DNA of 64,000 bases from Acidobacteriota bacterium. Lineage in GTDB: Bacteria; Acidobacteriota; UBA6911; RPQK01; JAJDTT01. The notes below the pieces were generated by a model. That model saw only the letters and a list, made by a program, of their open reading frames with translations, did not search any database and was not told the DNA's origin. The position numbers and the translations under genes are program-made. Where the stretch lies: NCBI GenBank assembly GCA_965209055.1, contig OZ242374.1, positions 2,912,001 to 2,976,000 on the forward strand. Reading direction: 5' to 3'. Below are positions 10,526 through 20,398 of this stretch, in pieces. The first letter of the stretch is position 1, and the number at the start of each line of letters is the position of its first letter.

Positions 10526-11395
10526 ATGATTCCCGGCATCGTGAGCAACTGCTGGCAATGGCAGTTGGAACAGGGATCCGGGCTGGAGGACCTGCTGGGC
10601 CAGGCGTTGGATCGAGGGTACCTCGCCGTTGAATTGAGGCAGACCTGTCTCGGTTCTTTCGAGGAACCGGACGGCTTTGTGCCCAAGGTGCCGGCCCTCG
10701 GACGCTTGGCGGACCGTTTCCCCGAAATCCAGTTCGATCTGGCCCTCGCGTTTCCGTTCCTGGGTCCCGGCGGAGTCGTTGAAGACCCGTTGTTCCAAAC
10801 GGGAGTGGAGGGCGCGCGGGCGCTCTCGGGCCGCTTTCGTCCCCACCTGCGGCTGGTCGACCTGGAGACGACCGGCGAAATGCTGCGGGACCGGGAACCG
10901 CAGGCCGCCCATGAGGTGGCCCGGCTCGCCGAACCGCTGGCGGACGCCGGAGGCTGGCTTTCGCTGGAGCATGCCCGGCAGCCCTGGACCCGCTTCACCC
11001 GGGTGATGGGCGAGGCCCGCCGCCTGCTGGGAAGCCGTTCGGACCATCTCCGCCTCTGCTACGATCCGGTCAATCTGTTGTTCGCTTCCGACCGGCCCGA
11101 TCCGGCCGGGGTCGTCCGTAGCCTGGACGCCGCCAATTTGTCGATGGTCCACCTGAAGCAGTTCCATGCAGGGGAGCTCCAGATCTCGATCGAGGCTGGA
11201 GAGATCGACTGGGAGGCTCAGATTTCGGTGTTGGCACGGCATGGATACACGGGGCCGGCCCATTTCGAGGTCCGGCCGGACGAACGAATCTGGGAGAACC
11301 TCGACCGGAGCCGGGTCTACCTGGAATCACTCGGCGGGCGTTTCAGGGACACCCGGTCCGGAGGAGAAGTGGAATGGGAAGATCGACGAATGTGA
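10526..11395 (+). CDS. Sugar-phosphate isomerase/epimerase (xylose-isomerase-like TIM barrel)
   Basis: VELR, LSLEH, LCYDPVN, VHLKQ, GEIDW, HFE metal-binding pattern. Confidence 0.8.
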   Translation: MIPGIVSNCWQWQLEQGSGLEDLLGQALDRGYLAVELRQTCLGSFEEPDGFVPKVPALGRLADRFPEIQFDLALAFPFLGPGGVVEDPLFQTGVEGARALSGRFRPHLRLVDLETTGEMLRDREPQAAHEVARLAEPLADAGGWLSLEHARQPWTRFTRVMGEARRLLGSRSDHLRLCYDPVNLLFASDRPDPAGVVRSLDAANLSMVHLKQFHAGELQISIEAGEIDWEAQISVLARHGYTGPAHFEVRPDERIWENLDRSRVYLESLGGRFRDTRSGGEVEWEDRRM

Positions 11396-12372
11396 GTTCA
11401 GGAATCCTTCTGTTGTGCCTTGGCCTTTTTTCCGCCGGAGTGCATCTGGCCTGCGGGGGCGAGCAGGCGGCGGACCGCCATCGAATGACGGCCGCGGACA
11501 TCGAGCGCTGGATGACGGAACTCTCGAACTGGGGCCGGTGGGGCGAGGGGGACGAGATGGGTGCGGTGAACCTGATCACCCCCGCCAAACGGCGGGCAGC
11601 GGCCCAATTGGTCCAAGAAGGGGTCTCCGTGTCGCTGGCCCGGAACGCGGAGATGACCGAGGCCGTCGACAACCCCTATCCCTTCGTGCAGGAGATGAAG
11701 ATGACGCCTCCTTTTGCCAGCGACGTCTTCTCCGTCCGCTATCACGGATATGCTCACACCCACATCGATGCTCTCTGTCACCTGATGCATGGGGGAGAGC
11801 TCTACAACGGCTTTCCGGAGTCGGAAGTGACGGTCGCGGGGGCCAACAAGCTGGGGATCCTGGAGCTGAAGAACGGCATCTTCACCCGTGGAATTCTGAT
11901 GGACATTCCGAGGCTCAAGAAAGTGCCCTATCTGGAACCGAAAACGGCCATCTATCCCGAGGATCTGGAGTCCTGGGAACGGCAGGCCGGGGTTGAAGTG
12001 GCCAGTGGCGACGCGGTCTTCATCCGGACCGGCCGCTGGGCCCGGCGCGACGAGAAGGGGCCCTGGGACGTGGGGAGCAGCTCCGCGGGGCTTCACGCGT
12101 CCTGTGTCAAGTGGTTGCGGCAGCGGGACGTCGCCCTGGTGGGCAGCGACGCCGCGTCGGACGTCCTCCCGTCGCGGATCGAGGGCGCCGGCCAGCCGGT
12201 CCATCAGTTGCTGCTCGTTTCCATGGGAGTCCCCATCTTCGACAATTGCGACCTTGAGGCGCTGGGGAACGAGGCCGAGAGACAGGGGCGCTGGGAGTTC
12301 CTGCTGACGGCGGCTCCGCTTCCGGTTCCGGGAGGGACCGGCTCTCCGTTGAATCCCATCGCGACATTCTAG
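11374..12372 (+). CDS. Cyclase family (kynurenine-formamidase-like) metallohydrolase with signal peptide
   Basis: SNWGRWG.GDEMGAVN, HTHIDALCH, GGTGSPLNPIATF C-terminus. Confidence 0.9.
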   Translation: MGRSTNVSSGILLLCLGLFSAGVHLACGGEQAADRHRMTAADIERWMTELSNWGRWGEGDEMGAVNLITPAKRRAAAQLVQEGVSVSLARNAEMTEAVDNPYPFVQEMKMTPPFASDVFSVRYHGYAHTHIDALCHLMHGGELYNGFPESEVTVAGANKLGILELKNGIFTRGILMDIPRLKKVPYLEPKTAIYPEDLESWERQAGVEVASGDAVFIRTGRWARRDEKGPWDVGSSSAGLHASCVKWLRQRDVALVGSDAASDVLPSRIEGAGQPVHQLLLVSMGVPIFDNCDLEALGNEAERQGRWEFLLTAAPLPVPGGTGSPLNPIATF

Positions 12373-12381
12373 GAGTCTGCC

Positions 12382-13428
12382 ATGCAGAGAGTGAGAGTGG
12401 GCTTGATTGGAGCCGGCTGGGTGGCGGTGAATCGGCACCTGCCCGCGCTTCAGAAGATCCCGGAGGTGGACCTGAAGCTGATCTGGTCCCGCGATCCCGA
12501 AAAGGCTCGGGACGTGGCCGGCCGGTTCGGCGTCCGCGCGACCGTCTCCCGGTGGCGGGATGTGATCCACTCGCCCGAGGTGGATGCGGTCATCATCGCC
12601 ACGCCGCCGGTGCTGCACCTGCCGGCCACCGTCGAGGCCCTGAACGCCGGGAAGCATGTCCTCTGCCAGGCCCGAATGGCCCGGAATCTGGATGAGGCGC
12701 AGAAAATGTTGGAGGCGGCGCGGTCCTCACGCCTGGTGACGGCCCTGTATCCGCCGCTGCCCGGTCTCAAGGGCGACCGGGCCATGATCCGTCTCCTCCA
12801 CGAAGAGGAATACGTGGGGATCATCCGCGAGGTCCGGATTACCGGGATGAGCGTGGACACCGATCCCAACAGTTACCGGAGCTACCGTTGGGACCCGCAG
12901 GTCTCGGGAATCAACACCATGACTCTGGGCATGTGGAACGAGGTGGCCAATCGGTGGTTGGGGCCCACGGTCCAGGTGGCGGCGCTGGCTCAGTCGCACC
13001 GCCATGGGGGTTCCGCCGATATGGGAGTGCCCGACTCCGTGGCGGTGGCTGCCCGGCTCGAGTGCGGCGCCACCGCCACTTACCACTTCTCCAATTGGGC
13101 CGCGGGATCGCCCGGAAGCCGGATCGAGATCTACGGCGACCGGGGCGCTCTCGTCTACCAGCTTTTTGCGGAGGAGATTCGGGGGCTCACGGGAACCGGC
13201 GCGGAGTTCAAGACGATTCCCGTCCCCAGTGAGGAACAGCGGGTGCAGGACACCGACTCCCAGTTCATCCGCGCCATCCTGCAAAGGACGCCGGTGGCGC
13301 CGTCTTTCCAGGAAGGACTGCTCTACATGCAGTTCCTGGAAGCCGTTGCCCTTTCGTTGAAGACGGGCCGGTCGGTCTCGCTGCCGCCCGAACCGCGAAT
13401 GGAAACCTGGGACCGGTTCCTGACCTGA
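12382..13428 (+). CDS. Gfo/Idh/MocA oxidoreductase
   Basis: GLIGAGWVA, ATPP, GKHVLCQARMA. Confidence 0.9.
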   Translation: MQRVRVGLIGAGWVAVNRHLPALQKIPEVDLKLIWSRDPEKARDVAGRFGVRATVSRWRDVIHSPEVDAVIIATPPVLHLPATVEALNAGKHVLCQARMARNLDEAQKMLEAARSSRLVTALYPPLPGLKGDRAMIRLLHEEEYVGIIREVRITGMSVDTDPNSYRSYRWDPQVSGINTMTLGMWNEVANRWLGPTVQVAALAQSHRHGGSADMGVPDSVAVAARLECGATATYHFSNWAAGSPGSRIEIYGDRGALVYQLFAEEIRGLTGTGAEFKTIPVPSEEQRVQDTDSQFIRAILQRTPVAPSFQEGLLYMQFLEAVALSLKTGRSVSLPPEPRMETWDRFLT

Positions 13429-13470
13429 TCCGGTCTGACCCGAATCCTGCCGGGAATTGGCGGCGTGCTT

Positions 13471-14265
13471 TCAGGCCACGGTCCAGCCCGCGTCCACCAT
13501 CAGGTTGTTCCCGGTGATGTGGCGAGCCGATTCGGAACAGAGAAAAAGAATGGCCTGGGCCAGCTCTTCCGGTTCCACCAGCTCCTTTTGGGGGATGGGC
13601 CCGAACATGACCTTCTCCAGAACCTGCTGCCGAGAGAGTCCGTGCAGTTCCGCCTGCTTCTCGATCTGGTTCTCCACCAGGCGCGTCCTCGTATAACCGG
13701 GTGAGACGGCGTTGACCGTGATGCCCCGGGTGGCCACTTCCAGGGCCACGGTGCGGGTGAGTCCCAGCAGGCCGTGCTTGGCGCTCACGTAGGCCGTTTT
13801 GTAGGGCGAGGCCACCACGGCGTGAATGGAGGTGAGGTTGACGATCCGTCCCCACCCTTGGGACGCCATCCCGGGTACGAAGCGCCGGATGTAGAGAAAG
13901 GGTCCCCGCAGGAGGATGCCGTTGAGCCGGTCCCACTCCGGAATGGGGAACTCCTCCACCGGACTGAGGTATTGCACGCCGGCGTTGTTGACCAGAATCT
14001 GAACCGTCCCCAGCGCACTTGTGCAGTCTTCGTGGACCCGTTCCACATCGTCTTCCGCGGCCACGTCCGCGATCAATGCCAGCGCCCTGCCGCCCTGCTG
14101 CCGGATGGAAGCCGCCACGGCTTCCACGGCGTCTCGCTCCAGGTCCACGCAGCAGACGGCGGCGCCTGCCGAAGCCAGGGTGAACGCCACCTCGCGTCCG
14201 ATGCCGTTGCCCGCGCCGGTCACCAGAGCAACTCGTCCCTCCAAATTCACCGTCGAGTCATTCAT
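13471..14265 (-). CDS. bdh: 3-hydroxybutyrate dehydrogenase (SDR)
   Basis: NNAGVQYLSPVEEFP, SIHAVVASPYKTAYVSAKHG, RLVENQI are HBDH signatures. Confidence 0.85.
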   Translation of the reverse strand: MNDSTVNLEGRVALVTGAGNGIGREVAFTLASAGAAVCCVDLERDAVEAVAASIRQQGGRALALIADVAAEDDVERVHEDCTSALGTVQILVNNAGVQYLSPVEEFPIPEWDRLNGILLRGPFLYIRRFVPGMASQGWGRIVNLTSIHAVVASPYKTAYVSAKHGLLGLTRTVALEVATRGITVNAVSPGYTRTRLVENQIEKQAELHGLSRQQVLEKVMFGPIPQKELVEPEELAQAILFLCSESARHITGNNLMVDAGWTVA

Positions 14266-14597
14266 GGTCCGATTTCCTCTTGCTCCAGTTCCTCCAGAGC
14301 CCGGACCAGTTCTTCCCGCGCATGCTGGTTGCCCTGGGTTTCGGCGATCCGGATGCCCCGCGCGAGGGTCTCCCGAGCCTGCTCGATTCCTCCCGACAGG
14401 ACGAGAGCCGCTCCGAACTGATAGTAGGCCGGGACGTACCGAGGGTGGAGCTCCAACAACCGGCCGAAAGCCTGGACGGCTTCCTCGATCCTGCCCAGCC
14501 GCTTGTACTCCATGGCCAGCCCATAGAGCGGGAATGGATCGCCGGAGCCCTGCGCCGCCAATTGCCGGAGCCTTTCCAACCGGGATGGAGCAGACAT
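14262..14597 (-). CDS. Small TPR protein
   Basis: DPFPLYGLAMEY...YVPAYYQFG TPR pattern; overlaps the bdh start. Confidence 0.85.
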   Translation of the reverse strand: MSAPSRLERLRQLAAQGSGDPFPLYGLAMEYKRLGRIEEAVQAFGRLLELHPRYVPAYYQFGAALVLSGGIEQARETLARGIRIAETQGNQHAREELVRALEELEQEEIGP

Positions 14598-14603
14598 GAG
14601 TTC

Positions 14604-15458
14604 CTACCTCTGCGCCCATTTGAGCTTTTCTCTCAAGACGTCGAAAAAGCTCTTGTTGTGGGGTTTGATCAATTCGATTCGACGACGGGAGCAGGTGCAG
14701 ACGATCTGGTCACCTTCGGCGAGTTCCACTCCCTGCTGGCCATCGACGGTCAGCATGACGTCTTCGCCCGAAGTCAGAATGATGCGGATCTCGCTCTCCG
14801 GAGGAAAGACCAGGGGGCGGTTGGTCAGGGTGTGGGGACAGATGGGAGTCACCACGGTGCAGGCCAGGGAAGGCAGCACGATGGGGCCTCCGGCGGCGAG
14901 GGAATACGCGGTGGATCCGGTCGGAGTGGCGATGATGAGGCCGTCGGCCAGAAACGTGGCCATGAAGTCTTCGCCGATGTAGGCATCGAGCTGGATGATT
15001 CGGGCCAGGGCGCCCTTGGTGATGACCACGTCGTTCAGCGCGTGAAAGCTGGCGCCGGACCCGTCGCCCCGCTTCACGGTGGCGTCGAGAAGCCGTCTCT
15101 CGTCGATCCGGTGTTGGCCCTTCAGCAGCCTTTCCAGAGCTTCATACAGCTCGTCGAGAGTGACCTCGGTGAGGAATCCCAGGGAACCCAGGTTCACTGC
15201 CAGGATGGGCGCGGTGTTGTCGCCGATGGCGCGGGCCACCGAGAGGATGGTGCCGTCGCCTCCAAAGACGATGATGGCGTCGACCCTCGATGGCATCTCT
15301 TCCCGGCTGACACCCGGGTATCCCGCGAGTTCGAAGTTCTCCAGGACACTCTCTTCCACCAGCGTCTCGCACCCTCGCCGCCGCAGCCAGAGCAGGATCT
15401 GCTCCAGGTTGCGGGCGAACTCGGTGCGGTGCGGTTTGGAAACGACCCCTACTCTCAA
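14604..15458 (-). CDS. nadK: NAD kinase
   Basis: GGDGT, GSLGFL, LND, DGLIIATPTGSTAYSLAAGG. Confidence 0.97.
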   Translation of the reverse strand: MRVGVVSKPHRTEFARNLEQILLWLRRRGCETLVEESVLENFELAGYPGVSREEMPSRVDAIIVFGGDGTILSVARAIGDNTAPILAVNLGSLGFLTEVTLDELYEALERLLKGQHRIDERRLLDATVKRGDGSGASFHALNDVVITKGALARIIQLDAYIGEDFMATFLADGLIIATPTGSTAYSLAAGGPIVLPSLACTVVTPICPHTLTNRPLVFPPESEIRIILTSGEDVMLTVDGQQGVELAEGDQIVCTCSRRRIELIKPHNKSFFDVLREKLKWAQR

Positions 15459-15497
15459 AGTCGTTGTTCTCCCCAGGAAACGGATTCGCCCGGGCTG

Positions 15498-15773
15498 TCA
15501 GTCCCGGCCTCCCCGAAGGAACTTGTCCCGGCATTCCTCGGAGCAGAAGTAGAGGTCCATGTTCTTCCTGCGGGTTCGGACCGCCAAGTCGGTAGCGACG
15601 TAGATTCCGCATTGCGGATCCTTCACCATCCGGCCCCGGACCGTGGCGCGGACTCTGCTGGAACCCCCCCGGGCACGTTTTCTCGAGGCCTTTCGGCCGG
15701 CTCCGAAAAGGCGCGCGATGAGTGCCCGCACCACCAGGAGGAGAAGCAGAAGGATCAGAATCCGGAACAACAA
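15498..15773 (-). CDS. YHS-domain membrane protein
   Basis: N-terminal TM segment; VKDPQCG...YFCSEECRDKF. Confidence 0.85.
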   Translation of the reverse strand: MLFRILILLLLLLVVRALIARLFGAGRKASRKRARGGSSRVRATVRGRMVKDPQCGIYVATDLAVRTRRKNMDLYFCSEECRDKFLRGGRD

Positions 15774-15783
15774 CCGTCCATCC

Positions 15784-16374
15784 TCAGGACTGCTCTTGAT
15801 TCAGGCGTTTGCGAGCGTTGTCGATAAATTCCTCGATCTTCTCTTTGTCGGCATGCGCCGGATGGGCCGCCAAGAGTCTCTGCCAGATCCGGATCGCCGT
15901 CTCGAGCTCACCGGAAAAGTAGTGCGCGATGCCCAGATTCTGCAGGGTCTGGGGATGATTCGGATCCAGCGACAGGGACTTCCGATAGGACTCGATGGCC
16001 GATTCCACCTGTCCCTGGTAGAGCTGGGCCGTTCCCAGGTCGGTGCGGACGCTGACGTTGCCGGGGTCCAATTCCAGGGCCTCCGTATACCAGGCGGCGG
16101 CCGCGTCCCAGCGCTTCATGTCGTAGTACGAATTGCCCAGGCGAATTCGCACTTCCGTGTCTTCGGGATGGTCCCTGGCGTGCTCCTGGAGCCGGGCCAA
16201 CTGCTCCAGCACTTCCGGCGGGGGATGATCGGATGGCAGAGCGGAGGAGTCTGCCTGCGCCTGGGGCGCCGGCTCGGGGACGGTTGCCTCTTGCTGAATT
16301 CGAGCGGCGAAGAAACCGAGGATGAACCCTATCACGACGCCGGTCGCGGCCGCCACCCGCGGCTTGTTCTGCAT
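15784..16374 (-). CDS. TPR membrane protein
   Basis: TM anchor, LPSDHPP, RLGNSYYD, RTDLGT, QNLGI. Confidence 0.85.
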   Translation of the reverse strand: MQNKPRVAAATGVVIGFILGFFAARIQQEATVPEPAPQAQADSSALPSDHPPPEVLEQLARLQEHARDHPEDTEVRIRLGNSYYDMKRWDAAAAWYTEALELDPGNVSVRTDLGTAQLYQGQVESAIESYRKSLSLDPNHPQTLQNLGIAHYFSGELETAIRIWQRLLAAHPAHADKEKIEEFIDNARKRLNQEQS

Positions 16375-16475
16375 TGGGGCGCGTATGTTATCATAATTTC
16401 CTCGGTGGGCTGTCGGAGTTTCGACGGATTCGATGAATTTGCGAGGCGCACTTCCCCTCCAAGGACCGTTAATCC

Positions 16476-17177
16476 ATGTATCGGGGCCAGGACATCGGTG
16501 ATCGCGATCAATTGGTCGCGACCTGTATCGAGATCCTGAGGTCCGGCAGCGAAGCCGAACGCTACAAGATCCTTCCCCACGTCAGCGTGACCCGCTGCAA
16601 GCGTTTCCTGGATCCGTTGCTGGAGTTGCTGCGGTCCAGGTCTGCGCAAGACAAGGAGTTTGCAGCGCTGGCTCTGGGCGCGTTGGGCGATCCGGCGGCA
16701 ATTGACCCGTTGTTCGCCGTTTTGCAGGACACCTACATATTCAGCAAGGGCCGGAACCGCTCCTTGGAAGCCGCCGTCATCCTCACTCTGGGCGAGATCG
16801 GCCACGAGAAAGCCGTCGCTCTACTGCTTCAAGTCTATGGCATGCGGTATCTCGATGAGCCGTCGGCCCACAACCGCAAAGTGAACGTGCTGTCGGCGTT
16901 GGGCCTGCTGGCTCAGCAGGGAAGTGAGAGTGCTGTCGGCGAGTTGTTGAGCCTGGCCGCGCAGGAGGTTTCAGACCGGCAGGCGCAGGCCGTCACCGAA
17001 TTGTCGGTCGCCTATTGGCATCGAGCCCATCAGGTTCCGGATACGGTCCTGAAGATGATGTACAGGATGACCGGGGCCGGCGCGGATGAAGTCAGAAAAG
17101 CGGCCGTCGCCGCCCTTTCCACGCTGGCGAACCTGGGTTGCCGCCGGGCCGCGGGTTATTTCTCCGCTCCGGCTTAA
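16476..17177 (+). CDS. HEAT-repeat protein
   Basis: AALALGALGDPAAIDPL, TLGEIGHEKAVALL, VRKAAVAAL. Confidence 0.8.
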   Translation: MYRGQDIGDRDQLVATCIEILRSGSEAERYKILPHVSVTRCKRFLDPLLELLRSRSAQDKEFAALALGALGDPAAIDPLFAVLQDTYIFSKGRNRSLEAAVILTLGEIGHEKAVALLLQVYGMRYLDEPSAHNRKVNVLSALGLLAQQGSESAVGELLSLAAQEVSDRQAQAVTELSVAYWHRAHQVPDTVLKMMYRMTGAGADEVRKAAVAALSTLANLGCRRAAGYFSAPA

Positions 17178-17309
17178 GGAGGGGCGCTCCGGCTTAAGGA
17201 GGGGCGATTGGAAATCGTCCGCTCGTCGGTCGTCGCTTGGCGACGGGGGACGGGGGAGTTCGGCGGTTAGGAAACCGCCGCTCCTGGTTAGGAAACCGCC
17301 GCTCCTGGT
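17166..17309. repeat. REP/REPIN-like cluster
   Basis: GCTCCGGCTTAAGGAGGGGC x2, GGCGATTGGAAATCGTCC, GGTTAGGAAACCGCCGCTCCT x2; lies between convergent genes. Confidence 0.85.
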
Positions 17310-17312
17310 CGC

Positions 17313-18335
17313 CTAATTGCCGCCCTTCAACTGCTTGACCAGATCGCGGGCCACCGGCGCGTTCTCGCCGTTGGGGTTGAGCTTGGCGTATTCGGCCAGA
17401 TGGTTGATGGCCCCGTCGATCTGGTTCATTCCCAGCAGGACGATACCGAGCTGATAGTGGGCTTCGGCGTGCGTGGGATCGGATACCACCGCGTTTTTAA
17501 GGGCCTCTGAAGCCTGCTTGTTCTGCCCCTTGTTGATGAAGGTGACACCCATATTGTAGTAGTTGATGGCTGCGGCGGCCGGATCGACGGCGGCGTTGAG
17601 TTCGGCCGATTTCTTGAAGGCTTTCTCCGCATTGGACGAATCGCCCATGTTGGCGTAGATGTTGCCCAGGTTCTGGTAGAAGGTGGCGTTGCTGGGAGCG
17701 ATCTCGATGGCCTTGTTGTACGCATCGATCGCTTCGTTGTGTTTCTTCAGATTCAGGTAGGCATTTCCCAGGTTGGCCCAGATGGCCGGCCTCTTGGGAT
17801 CCTTGGTGACGCATTCCCGGAACGCAACGACCGCTTCCTCATTCTGGCCCAGATTCAACGCCATGATTCCCCGGTTGTAGGCGGCGCGAACTTCCGTGAC
17901 CACGGTCTGCTGCTTCATGAACTGCTCGCGCTCTTCCTTGGTCATCTCAAAGGCCAGCTTGCCCGACTTGCCCTCCTTGAGGGTGAAGTTGACCGTGCCG
18001 CGTTTCCCGCCGCCCCTGGGGTCGAAGCCGCCGTCATCGACGCCGAAACTGGCGCGAACGCCCGACTCGTACTCGGTGCGGAAGCCCGCCTTGCGAGCCA
18101 CAACGGTGTAAGTGGCCTGGAGGTTCACCGCGCCGTGGTAGTACTTGCCCTTCTTGTTGGTCTTGAGGTTGTATTTCCGGCTGGTGTTCTCGCTTCGAAT
18201 CGAGATTTCGACACCTTCGACGGGTTTGCCTGCGGTATCCGTGACGGTTCCCTCCAATTGCCCCACCTGAGCTTCCAGGCTCGGTGCGGTGAGAAGGAGC
18301 ATCACGACGGCGATGGAGATCGTGGAGTATTTCAT
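17313..18335 (-). CDS. Secreted TPR protein with carboxypeptidase-regulatory-like domain
   Basis: Signal peptide; GTVTDTAGKPVEGV; multiple TPRs (WANLGNAY, YQNLGNIY, YYNMG, HYQLG). Confidence 0.9.
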   Translation of the reverse strand: MKYSTISIAVVMLLLTAPSLEAQVGQLEGTVTDTAGKPVEGVEISIRSENTSRKYNLKTNKKGKYYHGAVNLQATYTVVARKAGFRTEYESGVRASFGVDDGGFDPRGGGKRGTVNFTLKEGKSGKLAFEMTKEEREQFMKQQTVVTEVRAAYNRGIMALNLGQNEEAVVAFRECVTKDPKRPAIWANLGNAYLNLKKHNEAIDAYNKAIEIAPSNATFYQNLGNIYANMGDSSNAEKAFKKSAELNAAVDPAAAAINYYNMGVTFINKGQNKQASEALKNAVVSDPTHAEAHYQLGIVLLGMNQIDGAINHLAEYAKLNPNGENAPVARDLVKQLKGGN

Positions 18336-18352
18336 GAGTCCGCCTTTCTCAT

Positions 18353-20323
18353 TCAGGGCTGGCCGGTCGCCGGATCGGGCCGATCCTGGCCCCCGGGCCA
18401 CCACTCATTGGCTGAGATCCTGATGCGGTCAATATTATCGACGACGGGAAAGCTTGGCAAGCTGCGGAGGAAGAGAGAACCGTAGCGCCGCGTGCGAATT
18501 CGGCTGTCGAACACCCCCACGATTCCGCGGTCTTTCCGGGACCGGATCAGGCGGCCCAAACCCTGCCTCAGGGCGATGATCGCCGCCGGAACCGAGTAGC
18601 GGAGAAACGAGTTGTCCCCCTGTTCCTCCAGCCGTTTGAGCCGGGCGGCCACCACCGGTTCGGTGGGGACCTGGAAGGGAAGCTTGTCGATCAGGACCGC
18701 CCTGAGGGCGTCTCCGGGAACGTCCACTCCCTGCCAGAAGCTGGAGGTGGCGCAGAGGACCGCGTGGGGCGTATGCCGGAACTCGTGGAGCAACTGCGAT
18801 TTCGGACGGTCTCCTTGACGAAGCAGGGGATAGGGAAGGCGCCCCTTGAGCAGATCGTGGACCCGGTTGAGCTGCTGGTAGCTGGTGAAGAGCAGGAACG
18901 CGTGTCCCCGGGTCAGATCCAGGATTTCTTCCAGTTGCCGGACCAACCGGATCACGTATCCGGGCGAAGCCGGCTCCGGAAAACGCCTGGGAATGTAGAG
19001 GAGCGACTGTTTCGAGTAGTCGAATTCGCCCTCGGTGACCAGTTGGCGGGCGTCGCCGAGCCCCAGGCGGGTGCGAACGTACGAGAAGTCTCCGTCGGCG
19101 GTGAGAGTCGCGGAGACCAATACGGCGGTCGGGACCTGGGAAAAGAGCCTCTCGTCCAAGGTTGAGGCGACCTCGATGGGAGTCAGGTTGAGGAACGTGC
19201 CGCGGCCCCGCCGCCGCATCCAGTGGACGCTCTCCCGATCTTCCAGGTCGAAAAACCGATCCAGGTGAAGCGCCAGCGACTCCACCCGGCGCAGCAGCAT
19301 GTCCCGTTCCTGGTGGGACGGGTCCCGCAGGCTCAATTCGTCGTGCAGGTTCGACAAGGTCCTCGCCAACTGGCGGTAGGCGGGCAGGGCGGGCACCCGC
19401 AAGTCGGCCGGCGCGCCGTCGGCGCCTCTCGCCGAGTCGAGACCCCATGTTCCTTCCGCGGCCGGCAGGGCGGAAAACAACATCCCGGCGCGGGACTCGA
19501 GGTCGCGGACGGTCCTCATTGACTCGGTGTCGGGGTAGGACGCGGCCAGGTCCCGAGCCAGCTCCTCCACCTGGTAGCTGCTGACTCGCTTTCCCAGGTG
19601 GGTGCAGGCGATCTCCTCGACCGCGTGGGCTTCATCCAGGATCAGCGTGGAGAAGTCGGGGAGGATGCTCCCCAGTTCATCGACTTCCAGGGCCAGATGC
19701 GCGAAGAAGAGGGCGTGGTTGACGATGATGACGTCCGATTCCAGGGCTTTCTGGCGCATTCGCGTGATGAAGCAGCCATCGAAGTGCGGGCATTTCTGGC
19801 CGGTGCAGTTCTCGCTGCGGGCATCCAGATCTCTCCAGAGTGGATCCGAATCGGACATCCATTCCAGTTCGGAACGATCCCCGGTTTCGGTCTCCAGGGC
19901 CCACTCCGATACGGCCTGCCGGGACTGGAGCCACTCTTGGGACAGGGAAGGCGCCCTGGTCTGCCGTTCCAGCTTGCGAAGGCAGAGATAGTTCTGGCGC
20001 CCCTTCATGGTGGTCACCTTCAGGTCCGGGAACAGGTGCCGGCGAATGAAAGGGATGTCCTTCAGGTAGAGCTGTTCCTGAAGATTTCGTGTCGCCGTGG
20101 AGATGATGGTCTTGCGGCGGCTGGCGAGGGCCGGAACCAGGTAGGCCAGGGTCTTGCCGGTTCCGGTGCCGGCTTCGGCACAGAGGTGATGGCCTTCCCG
20201 GATCGCTTCCAGGACCGAGAGGGCCAGTTCCAGTTGGGAAGGCCGGAACTCGTAACCCGGGAGCTCACCGGCCAGCATCCCTCCCGGGGAGAACACCTCC
20301 TGAAGCGTGAATTTCGACGCCAT
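18353..20323 (-). CDS. DinG/YoaA-family Fe-S ATP-dependent DNA helicase
   Basis: Q motif, EAGTGTGKT, KGRQNYLC plus Fe-S cysteines, DEAH, SATL, QGLGRLIR. Confidence 0.95.
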   Translation of the reverse strand: MASKFTLQEVFSPGGMLAGELPGYEFRPSQLELALSVLEAIREGHHLCAEAGTGTGKTLAYLVPALASRRKTIISTATRNLQEQLYLKDIPFIRRHLFPDLKVTTMKGRQNYLCLRKLERQTRAPSLSQEWLQSRQAVSEWALETETGDRSELEWMSDSDPLWRDLDARSENCTGQKCPHFDGCFITRMRQKALESDVIIVNHALFFAHLALEVDELGSILPDFSTLILDEAHAVEEIACTHLGKRVSSYQVEELARDLAASYPDTESMRTVRDLESRAGMLFSALPAAEGTWGLDSARGADGAPADLRVPALPAYRQLARTLSNLHDELSLRDPSHQERDMLLRRVESLALHLDRFFDLEDRESVHWMRRRGRGTFLNLTPIEVASTLDERLFSQVPTAVLVSATLTADGDFSYVRTRLGLGDARQLVTEGEFDYSKQSLLYIPRRFPEPASPGYVIRLVRQLEEILDLTRGHAFLLFTSYQQLNRVHDLLKGRLPYPLLRQGDRPKSQLLHEFRHTPHAVLCATSSFWQGVDVPGDALRAVLIDKLPFQVPTEPVVAARLKRLEEQGDNSFLRYSVPAAIIALRQGLGRLIRSRKDRGIVGVFDSRIRTRRYGSLFLRSLPSFPVVDNIDRIRISANEWWPGGQDRPDPATGQP

Positions 20324-20398
20324 GATCCGTACCCGGTGAAGGTATCACGGGGCACCGAAACCGGGGATGCGCCCGCCGGACCCGGTTGGAGCCCTGGC

